Shown in pieces: positions 33,168-41,589 of a stretch of 43,757 bases of DNA (within the stretch, counting starts at the first letter, position 1; every line of letters starts with the position of its first letter). The position numbers and the translations under genes are program-made. This DNA comes from a virus (lineage: Duplodnaviria; Caudoviricetes), in IMG/VR virus record IMGVR_UViG_3300037851_001503, positions 1-43,757 of that record; one strand, given 5' to 3'. A model generated the notes under the pieces. It did not search any database. It was not told the DNA's origin and saw only the letters and a list, made by a program, of their open reading frames with translations.

Positions 33168-36100
33168 CGCCGTCAAGACGCTTCGGGTGGAGCTGACCGG
33201 CGGCAGCCTGGGCCTCCAGAAGAGCCTCGCGGACGCCGCCTCGGCCGCGGGGCGCATGGGCGTCGAGCTGAGGGCTGTCCAGGGCGGGCTGGACAAGATC
33301 ACGGCCGCGCGACCTACCGGCGAGATGAAGGCCCTGGATCTGGCCGTCCGGGGTCTCGGCGGAACTGCGCAGCTGACGCGCGAGCAGCTCGGGCGCGTCA
33401 CGGTGCAGGTGAACCAGCTCGCCGCGGCCGGGGCGAAGGTCCCGGAGAGCCTGTCCGGGCTGACCGGCATGGGCTCGAAGCTGGGGGCGGCGTTCCAGGC
33501 CCTGACGACCGGGGGGGGCATCTCGGGCGCCCTGGCCGCGATCGGCCCCGCGGGCGTAGCCGCGGCGGCCGGCCTCGCGGCCATCACCGGAGGGGCGACT
33601 GCCGCCTACCGGGCCGTCTCGGACCTCGCGAGCCAGGCGGAGCAGTGGGGTAACGTCTCGGCCGCGACCGGGATCTCCGTCGAGTCGGTGCAGAAGCTCC
33701 AGGACTACCTCGTCGACGCCGGCTTCGATGCGACGGACCTGACCCGGATCATGAAGGCCATGCAGTCCGAGATCGCCTCGGGCGGCAAGAGCCTCGAGAA
33801 GTATGGGATCAGCCTCGAACCCCTGAAGGACAAGACAGCCGAGGAGCAGCTGCGTCTCCTCGCGCAGGCGATCAGCTCCATCGAGGACCCGATGGTCCGC
33901 GGCGCCGCGGCCACGGAGGCGTTTGGCCGGGGCGGGTCGCGGGCCCTCGCTGCCATCGCCGGCCTCGCCAGCGGCGACTATCTGCAGATGGCCGCTATGA
34001 CGGCCGCTCAGGTGGCCGAGCTCCAGCGCATCGATAAGGAGCTAGACGCGGCCGGGCGGGCCTGGGAGAACTGGAAGAAGCGGGCCGTCTACTCGATGCT
34101 CCAGGTCGCCCAGTCGCTTATGACCGTGCGGACGGTCCCCGGCGTCCCGAGCCCGAGTGAGGCCGCCGCCATCATCCGGGACGCACGCGCGCAGGGTTTC
34201 GCGCATGGGCCGGCTGGTGGTGGGGGTGCGGGCGCGGCGGCCGAGCAGGAACGTCAACGCCGCGTCGCCGACATGGAGGCGGCGAAGGAAAGGAAGGAGG
34301 CCGAGAAGGCCGCCAAGGAAGCGGCGAAGAGTGAGAAGGAGCTGACCGAGAAACGAAAGGCAGCCGTCGAGGCCCTCTACGCCGCCGAGGCGGCCGAGCT
34401 CCGGCGCAACATCGCGCTTGCCCAGGCGTCGATGGCCCTGCGCCAGGACCTCGTGCAGTCGGCGCTCGCGGGCATGGGATACACGGCCGGCCCGCGGGGC
34501 ACGCGCGCTGCCCTCGGTGCCGTGATGCCGGGTCTCCCGGAGAGTTCCGCCCCCGTGCCCGGTTCGCTTGGTTCACCGCAGGATGCTGCTGCGGCCGCGA
34601 TGAACCAGGCCGAGAAGAACGCCCAGGCGGCGCTCGCCGCGGGCCTCGGCGAGGACCAGGTCAGGGCGAAGCTCGAGGCGATGGGGCTGACCGCCCAGGA
34701 AGCCGCCTCGATGATCGAGCGGCTGAGCGGGAGCTTCCAGCAGACGAAGGGCTCAGGGGACACTTGGATCAACGCCCTCGGGGCGATGGGCCAGGCCCTT
34801 CAGGGCCTCGGGGGCGTGGCCGGGCAGATTGGGGGTGCGCTGACGGGTGTCGCGGGCACCCTGAAGCAGCTGGGCACGGGCGCCGGCGGGAAGTTCTCGC
34901 TCGGCCAGCTTGGCTCCTCCATGAAGACCATGGAGGGGAAGATGGCCGTGGGCGGCGCGGTCGCCCAGGGTCTCGGCGCGATCGGCAACGCGCTGCAGAA
35001 GGGGGGCAAGGCCGACAACAAGATGGTGGCCGGCCAGGCCCTCGCCGGCGCCGCCAAGGGCGCCCAGATGGGGGCCATGCTCGGCCCCTACGGGATGCTC
35101 GCCGGCGCGGTCATCGGCGGCGCCATCGGCTTCTTGAAGGGCAACAAGATCAAGAAGGAGGCGAAGGCTGCGGGGGGCATCCTCGGGCGGGAGATCGGCG
35201 TCGAGGAGCTGAAGCAGCTGAAGGAGCAGGCCAAGGCGGCCGGGAAGAGCCTGAAGGAGCACCTGAAGGACGTCGCGAAGGAGGAGAAGCGGCAGAAGGA
35301 GATCGCGGCGCGCCAGAAGCTCGAGGCCGGCCTCACGACGGCCCGCGGCGGGGCCGAGAACCTCATCGCCAAGCTCGAGGGGAACTACTCGAGCGCCGCC
35401 AAGGCCGCCTTCAGCAAGCTCATCGGGAAGGTGTCGGACGCCCTGATGAAGGCGGGCCTGGGCGTCCTCGATGCCCGGCTGTCGAAGTCCGAGGAGTTCA
35501 TGGGTGCGCAGTCCGCGGCGGCGGACGTCACCCAGATTCTCACCGGGATGCGCCAGGCCGGGATCATCGACGACGACACGATCCGAGCGAGCGAGGAGGC
35601 GACGATCGCCCTGCGGGACCAGGCGATCGCGGCGGCGCGGGCGGCCGGGCTCAGCGAGGCGGAGGCCCAGCGCGCGGGCAGCGCGGCGGTGGCGGGGCTC
35701 CTGCGCGAGCAGCTCAACGTCAACAAGGCGACCGGCCGGCAGAACAGCTCCCAGCTCGACGCCCTTCTCGCCGAGGCGAAGGCGAACGGTATCGAGATCC
35801 TGGCGGACCCGGCGGTGGAAGCCGTCGAGGTGGCGAAGGAATCGCGCGACTACCTGAAGACGATCGCGGAGGGCCCGCCTCCGGAGCCCTCGAAGGAGGG
35901 CAAGAAGTCCTATGAGGGAGACACGAGCCAGAACACAGGGGGCTCGCGCACCGAGGAACAGGACAGAGGGGGCAGGGAGACGGCGGCCAAGGGCTTCGGG
36001 CCTGTCATCACGCCCAACCTCGGGGGAGGCCTCGGGCCGCTCATCCAGACCCACCCCGGGGAGCTGGTGTGGATCGTCCCGAAGTCGGACCTGGGCTCCG

Positions 36101-36360
36101 CGATGGTCTCCGCGGCGGGGGGGCTTGGGGGCTACGGCTGGGGCCGGTACGGGTCGAACACGTTCCCCTCGCCCCTCTCCGACGCCATCGCCGGCTGGGG
36201 CACCCCCGGCGGGAGCCAGGTGAACGTGAACCTGGCGATCTCGGAGAACCCCTTCCAGACGACGGAGGGTGCGGCGCGGCTCCGGCGCTACACGCTGGAC
36301 GCGGTCGAGCGGGAGACGTCGAAGCACCTGGCCGCGCTCATCGCCGCTGGGCGGGCGTAG
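33160..36360 (+). CDS. Tail tape measure protein
   Basis: 1066 aa, Ala/Gly-rich helical, follows the chaperones; C-terminal H.GE motif. Confidence 0.92.
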   Translation: MADAVKTLRVELTGGSLGLQKSLADAASAAGRMGVELRAVQGGLDKITAARPTGEMKALDLAVRGLGGTAQLTREQLGRVTVQVNQLAAAGAKVPESLSGLTGMGSKLGAAFQALTTGGGISGALAAIGPAGVAAAAGLAAITGGATAAYRAVSDLASQAEQWGNVSAATGISVESVQKLQDYLVDAGFDATDLTRIMKAMQSEIASGGKSLEKYGISLEPLKDKTAEEQLRLLAQAISSIEDPMVRGAAATEAFGRGGSRALAAIAGLASGDYLQMAAMTAAQVAELQRIDKELDAAGRAWENWKKRAVYSMLQVAQSLMTVRTVPGVPSPSEAAAIIRDARAQGFAHGPAGGGGAGAAAEQERQRRVADMEAAKERKEAEKAAKEAAKSEKELTEKRKAAVEALYAAEAAELRRNIALAQASMALRQDLVQSALAGMGYTAGPRGTRAALGAVMPGLPESSAPVPGSLGSPQDAAAAAMNQAEKNAQAALAAGLGEDQVRAKLEAMGLTAQEAASMIERLSGSFQQTKGSGDTWINALGAMGQALQGLGGVAGQIGGALTGVAGTLKQLGTGAGGKFSLGQLGSSMKTMEGKMAVGGAVAQGLGAIGNALQKGGKADNKMVAGQALAGAAKGAQMGAMLGPYGMLAGAVIGGAIGFLKGNKIKKEAKAAGGILGREIGVEELKQLKEQAKAAGKSLKEHLKDVAKEEKRQKEIAARQKLEAGLTTARGGAENLIAKLEGNYSSAAKAAFSKLIGKVSDALMKAGLGVLDARLSKSEEFMGAQSAAADVTQILTGMRQAGIIDDDTIRASEEATIALRDQAIAAARAAGLSEAEAQRAGSAAVAGLLREQLNVNKATGRQNSSQLDALLAEAKANGIEILADPAVEAVEVAKESRDYLKTIAEGPPPEPSKEGKKSYEGDTSQNTGGSRTEEQDRGGRETAAKGFGPVITPNLGGGLGPLIQTHPGELVWIVPKSDLGSAMVSAAGGLGGYGWGRYGSNTFPSPLSDAIAGWGTPGGSQVNVNLAISENPFQTTEGAARLRRYTLDAVERETSKHLAALIAAGRA

Positions 36361-36363
36361 CCC

Positions 36364-37734
36364 ATGCGTTCCGCGGCCCTCCTCGAGGCCCGGCGGCGGG
36401 GGGCCGAGGTGTTCCCGGTGCTGCGCGTGGCGTGGGTGGCCCGGGAGCTGGCGCTGGGCACGGGGATCTACGCCCCGGCCGGCCGCCTCGTCGACGGGGG
36501 CCAGGTGACGGCGGTGACGATGCAGGGGGGCTGGGGGGGCATTGAGTACGGCAGCGGACTCGGCTCCGGCCAGTTCGACGCCGTGGAGACGAAGGTCAAG
36601 GTCGTCGACGTCGAGAGGACGCTGCTCCGGCTGCTCGAGGGCTACGACCCCCGCGGCTCCGCTGCCGCAATCGACTGGGCGGCGGCCGGCCTCGCCGCCG
36701 AGGACTGGGAGCCCATTTTCCGCGGCATCGTCTCGGACTGGGATCGGGACGGGCTCGCGACCCAGCTCACCGTGAAAACCGACGACACCGTGCTACGCAC
36801 CCCGGTCCCGCCGAAGGTCTTCTCCCGCACGGAGTGGGGGGCCGCCGCGGACACGACGATCTTCGGCACGGCGCTCCCGCTCGTCCTCGGCGTCCACGAC
36901 GCCTTCCAGGTCACCGGCCGCGGGATGGTGGCCGGGGTGAACATCCGCTACGACAAGGACCTCGGCTACTGGTGGATCGCGAGCATGGGGAACCTCGTCA
37001 AGATCCGGCGGGTGTACTTCGACGGCGTCGCCCAGCCGGCGACCAGCTGGACCACGATCCGGGGCGTCTACGGCGGGAACCTCATGACGATCATCTCGTT
37101 CCCCGAGGCCTACAAGCCCGACAAGGGCGCCGTCGTCTCCTTCGACTGCGAGGGCCCCGACGAGGACGGGCTCTACGCCGGGGCGTCGCTCGCGAACCCG
37201 GTGGTGCAGCTGCGCACCGTGCTCGAGGAGTACGTGTACCGGACCCCGCCGCTCGGCGCCTGGGTGGGGGCGCACCCGATCGTCGACGCCGAGTCGTGGG
37301 ATGCCGCCGCGGTGTGGTTCGCCGTTCACGGCTACGAGTCGGCGCGGCGCTTCGGGGGTAACCAGAATCCGGAGAGCGCGGCCGAGGTCGTCTCCTCCTT
37401 CCTCGAGGCGCACCCCTGGGTCCGCATCCACTGGACCCCGCTCGGGACCCTCGCGATCGTCATCCTCGACCCCGACGACGTGGACCCGGATGACGACCTC
37501 TGGTTCGACCTCGAGCGGTACCACGAGAGCGGGACCGTCGAGTACACCGCCGGCGACAGGCGGGAGGTCTACACCCACGTCAAGGTGCCCTACATGTGGT
37601 CGAGCGCCGAGCAGAAGTACGTGGTGGCGATCGAGGCGCACGACGTGGCCGCGCTCGCGGAGAAGGTGAAGCTCGAGATCCCCAACAACTGGAGCCAGGG
37701 GCGCTACCTGCTCGACGACGAAGAGGGAACGTGA
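36364..37734 (+). CDS. Tail tip / hub protein
   Basis: IFRGIV, LPLVLG, NPV..L patterns; directly after the tape measure gene. Confidence 0.6.
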   Translation: MRSAALLEARRRGAEVFPVLRVAWVARELALGTGIYAPAGRLVDGGQVTAVTMQGGWGGIEYGSGLGSGQFDAVETKVKVVDVERTLLRLLEGYDPRGSAAAIDWAAAGLAAEDWEPIFRGIVSDWDRDGLATQLTVKTDDTVLRTPVPPKVFSRTEWGAAADTTIFGTALPLVLGVHDAFQVTGRGMVAGVNIRYDKDLGYWWIASMGNLVKIRRVYFDGVAQPATSWTTIRGVYGGNLMTIISFPEAYKPDKGAVVSFDCEGPDEDGLYAGASLANPVVQLRTVLEEYVYRTPPLGAWVGAHPIVDAESWDAAAVWFAVHGYESARRFGGNQNPESAAEVVSSFLEAHPWVRIHWTPLGTLAIVILDPDDVDPDDDLWFDLERYHESGTVEYTAGDRREVYTHVKVPYMWSSAEQKYVVAIEAHDVAALAEKVKLEIPNNWSQGRYLLDDEEGT

Positions 37735-40028
37735 TCCGAGAGGTCAACTTCGACCCGGCCGGGGAGGTCCTGGACGCGCCGGCCGACGGCGCGCAGACGT
37801 CGCGCGAGCCCAACTCGTCCGGCTACCCGTGGGCGGGCACCCCGACGAAGACGCTCGGCGAGGTCTGGTCCGACGACGACGCCACGTCGTTCTGGTACTG
37901 CTGGCCGCACAAGGACAACGCCTCCCTGGCGCTCGTGATCGCGAGCTTCGTCCCCCCTCCCACCCTCGCGATCTTCAAGGCGGTGAAGCTGCAGGCCTGG
38001 TGGTCTCTCTCCCAGCAGGGCCCGAACAACTGGTACTTCCCGCTGGACAACGCCTACGGCCCCCGCGCCCGCCTCGCGCTGCGGAACCGCGCGAAGGACG
38101 GCTACCTCTACTCCTCCTACCGCGAGTTTATCTGGCCCACCGACGCCGAGCACGACGAGAACGTGAACAACCCGGCGAGCTACACGGGTCCGATCCTGCA
38201 GGAGTGGGAGCTCGCGGCGCACCCCGAGGGTGGGCCGTGGACGATGGAGGACCTGAGCGTCGCCAACTTCGCGGCGGGGATCGAGGTCTCCTTCGCCTCG
38301 CCGGCCTTCACGAACCAGCAGGGGTCCTTCTACAAGCTGCGGGTCCACAAGCTGCGGGCGGTCCTCACCATCGAGGACCTCGGCGGCTACGTAAAGAACG
38401 TCCGGCACGCCGGCTCGATGGCGCTGCGGCTCATGCGGCGGGCCAGGAACACGGTGGCCGTCCGAGCCATGGCCGACCGCGCCGCGGGCGAGCTCGGCGG
38501 GAGGGTCTACCTCTCGCACCCCTGGGGGCCTTCGATCGCGGAGGGCGGGTGGGGGCGGCGCCGACTCGAGCGCCGCCCCGCGGTCGTGATGAAGCGGACG
38601 ATCTACCCGGAGAGCTTCCGCGTCGAGGACGAGCTCTTCGACGCCCTGTCGTACTCCTGCCTCGGCTGGGCCGCCTACCGCATCGACGGCCCGTGGTCGC
38701 CCGAGCTGCAGGGGCTCGCCCTCATCGACAAGGGGGGCGAGTTCTCCCACACCCGGGCGCAGGACGGCTGGTCTGCGCGCCCCGGGGACGGCGCCCTGAT
38801 GCGGGTCCTCGAGGACTACCCGATCCTATCCTTCCGCGGCCTGGCCGCCCAGGGGGGCGACGACATCGCGATCTGCCTGCGGAACTACGACCTGATGCAG
38901 GCGGGCTGGGTCAGCTACGGGGTGTTGAACCTGACGATCACGGCGAGCACGTCCGTGGTGATGGTCGAGGAGCAGGGCTACCTCTCCTCGGCCCTCTTCA
39001 CGTTCGGCGCGACCCCGGGCGAGGGGGGGCGGTCGCGGGACCTCGGGACGCTGCCCCGGGCGGCCGGGGACCTCCTGCACGTCCGGGTGGTCGTGAAGAA
39101 CGGGAGCGTCGCGACGCCGGAGACGCAGTTCCTCGAGTGGCGGCTGAAGCGATCCGACCCGAGCATGGGCGCGGCCGAGACCTGGGACAACGCGAACCGC
39201 GTGTGGACGACGGACGCCGTCGACAACCCCATCCCCTCGGGCGAGTCCTTCGGCGAGGTGATCGCCGACGCCATCCCCTGCGATTGCCCGGCGGCCTCGG
39301 CCGACCCCGCCTACTCGATCTACATCGGCCACTTCTCCGGCCAGATCGCCAACTGCGTCTTCAACGCCGGGCTGGTGGACGTGCAGCACAGCCCGGCCGG
39401 CATCGGGGGGTCCTACGGCGCGCGGACCCCCCTCGTCACCCTCGACGAGACCATCACCCGCGAGCCGGACAAGCACCTCCTGCCGAACACCCTCGAGGCG
39501 GAGCTCTGGAGCTACGAGCGGGGTGTCGCGGTCGTCGAGATCCAGCCCTTCTGGCGCGCCGAGGCAATGCCGACGAACACGGTGAAGCCCCTCCTCCACG
39601 CGCATCACGCCGTCGACACCTGGGACGCCGTCCAGTTCGTGGCCCGGACGGGAAGCGACGACATCGTCCGCTTCGAGCGGGCGGTGGCGGGCCAGGCGAC
39701 ATTCCAGCTCGACTGCCCCATCCCGTCCCTCGACCTGAACCGCAGCCACGTCCTGCGGGTCTGGGCCCGGTGGCTGGGGACGGAGGGGTGGGGGGAGTAC
39801 GGACCATGGTCCGTCGAGCTCGGCTGGGCCGCCTTCCTCGAGGAGACGGGCGCCCTGGTGGGCTCCGGATCGGTCCTCGGCCGCTTCGCCTACGAGGGCG
39901 CCGTCTCCGCGCGGGAGTGGCTCCGGATCGGATCTGACCCCACCGACCGCTACGCGGACGCCTACATCCGCACCTGGGAGACCCGACGCAACCCCATCTC
40001 CGGGCTGGAGGCGACATGGCGCGTGTAG
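37731..40028 (+). CDS. Large tail tip / receptor-binding protein
   Basis: GTGA coupling; aromatic beta-rich domains; position in the tail module. Confidence 0.6.
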   Translation: MIREVNFDPAGEVLDAPADGAQTSREPNSSGYPWAGTPTKTLGEVWSDDDATSFWYCWPHKDNASLALVIASFVPPPTLAIFKAVKLQAWWSLSQQGPNNWYFPLDNAYGPRARLALRNRAKDGYLYSSYREFIWPTDAEHDENVNNPASYTGPILQEWELAAHPEGGPWTMEDLSVANFAAGIEVSFASPAFTNQQGSFYKLRVHKLRAVLTIEDLGGYVKNVRHAGSMALRLMRRARNTVAVRAMADRAAGELGGRVYLSHPWGPSIAEGGWGRRRLERRPAVVMKRTIYPESFRVEDELFDALSYSCLGWAAYRIDGPWSPELQGLALIDKGGEFSHTRAQDGWSARPGDGALMRVLEDYPILSFRGLAAQGGDDIAICLRNYDLMQAGWVSYGVLNLTITASTSVVMVEEQGYLSSALFTFGATPGEGGRSRDLGTLPRAAGDLLHVRVVVKNGSVATPETQFLEWRLKRSDPSMGAAETWDNANRVWTTDAVDNPIPSGESFGEVIADAIPCDCPAASADPAYSIYIGHFSGQIANCVFNAGLVDVQHSPAGIGGSYGARTPLVTLDETITREPDKHLLPNTLEAELWSYERGVAVVEIQPFWRAEAMPTNTVKPLLHAHHAVDTWDAVQFVARTGSDDIVRFERAVAGQATFQLDCPIPSLDLNRSHVLRVWARWLGTEGWGEYGPWSVELGWAAFLEETGALVGSGSVLGRFAYEGAVSAREWLRIGSDPTDRYADAYIRTWETRRNPISGLEATWRV

Positions 40029-40891
40029 GACCCCTCGCCGGTGTCGACATCGACGCGCTGTGGGCGGCGCTGCGCCCCCGCATCATCGCCCTCGGCCGCG
40101 CCGGTGGCGGCGCGGGGGTCCCAGGCGCCGCGGGCGCCGCGGGAGAAACCGGCCCCCAGGGTCCGCCGGGGCCGAAGGGCGTCACCTGGCGCGGGGAGTG
40201 GACGGAGCAGACGGACTACACGCTGGGGGACATCGTCACGCTCGAGACGGAGCCCGGGGTGGACCCGGCCGAGCATCCGGGCGGGTCCGTCCTGACGTAC
40301 CTGTGCCTCGAGGACCACACTTCTCTGGCGGGGTCGCCGCCCGCTCCTGGCGGGACGATACAGTGGCACGAGATCACGCCCGGCTACCTCGTAGTCGACG
40401 GGTCCCGGCCGATGACCGGCGACCTCGAGATGGGCGGTCACGAGGTCGACGACGTCCTGAACCTCCATATCAGCGGCGGGGCCGGGGACGGCGACATCGA
40501 CGGGGTCCGCGACATCACCTTCGACAGCGACGAGGGCGAAGGGAACATCGACGGCGTCCGGGACATCTCGTTTGCCGGGGTGATCGGTGAGGGTGTCATC
40601 GACGCGCCGCGTGTCATCCACATGTCCGGAGACCACGCCGACGACGAGGCCAAGGTGGACGGCCTCGAGCGGGTCGTGTTCAACGACGAGCCGACGGCCA
40701 GCAGCATCGAGCTCCCGTCGCGGATCGAGATGAACCCAGGCGTCGAGGCCGGTGTCGACTACACGGCCGGCGTTGGCAAGGTGTCCTGGGACACGCTCGA
40801 GGACACTCTCGTCGTGTGCGTCGCGAGTGGCGCCGGCGTCGTCTTCGTGGCCTTCGGCTGGGGCGTCCTCGCTGCGGTCAACGGCGCATGA
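40016..40891 (+). CDS. Tail fibre protein with short collagen, CBM-like and 17-aa repeat segments
   Basis: GETGPQGPPGPKG; WRGEW...Y..GDIV...YLCLEDHTS; MTGDL; IDGVRDI repeats. Confidence 0.7.
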   Translation: MARVGPLAGVDIDALWAALRPRIIALGRAGGGAGVPGAAGAAGETGPQGPPGPKGVTWRGEWTEQTDYTLGDIVTLETEPGVDPAEHPGGSVLTYLCLEDHTSLAGSPPAPGGTIQWHEITPGYLVVDGSRPMTGDLEMGGHEVDDVLNLHISGGAGDGDIDGVRDITFDSDEGEGNIDGVRDISFAGVIGEGVIDAPRVIHMSGDHADDEAKVDGLERVVFNDEPTASSIELPSRIEMNPGVEAGVDYTAGVGKVSWDTLEDTLVVCVASGAGVVFVAFGWGVLAAVNGA

Positions 40892-41589
40892 GCATCCGCT
40901 TGCCTGTCGGTGCGGACGTGACCCAGGCTCGTAACGGCTACGTCGAGGTCCCGCCGCCGGAGCACTCCGGGCGCATCGCGTCCATCAGCGGTCCCTTCTG
41001 GATCAGCAACAACCGCTACCCCTCCTATCCCGGGTACGACGGATTCGACGACCCGACGGAGTACCGCGACCAGAGCGACGTCCTGCTGCAGGCCGCCGTC
41101 CAGTGGCTGACAACACTGGACACCGGAGCTCACATCCTCGTCTGCTGGGCGTCGCCCAATCCTCGCTTCGGCGTCGATGTGCAAGGCGGTCTCGGGCGCC
41201 TCGGGCATACCTTCGACGCGAGCGGGAGCGCGGGCCTCAACGGATTCGACCCGACCAACTACGACTGCGTGTTCTGTGGCGTCCTCGACGGTGCCGATAT
41301 CGCGACCATCGACGACTACCTCGACTACGGTGGTGCCGTCCTGACGTACGCGGACATCGCGTACCCTCTCGCCTGGTCTCGCTACGGCTGGAAGGCCGCG
41401 ACGCCCTATCAGGATCGTCCCACCTACCAGAAGGATGTCGAGTGCGCTCCGTTCGGCGCGGCGACCTACACCTACGTCCTCTACACCGATCCGCAGCTGG
41501 CGACCGAGACGAAGACGCGGCCAGGGACCACGACCTTCTACGCGAACGTGGACGACGAGGACGTGATCGCGCTGTGGGTGAATGAATGA
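40888..41589 (+). CDS. Hypothetical tail-associated protein
   Basis: ATGA coupling on both sides. Confidence 0.6.
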   Translation: MSIRLPVGADVTQARNGYVEVPPPEHSGRIASISGPFWISNNRYPSYPGYDGFDDPTEYRDQSDVLLQAAVQWLTTLDTGAHILVCWASPNPRFGVDVQGGLGRLGHTFDASGSAGLNGFDPTNYDCVFCGVLDGADIATIDDYLDYGGAVLTYADIAYPLAWSRYGWKAATPYQDRPTYQKDVECAPFGAATYTYVLYTDPQLATETKTRPGTTTFYANVDDEDVIALWVNE

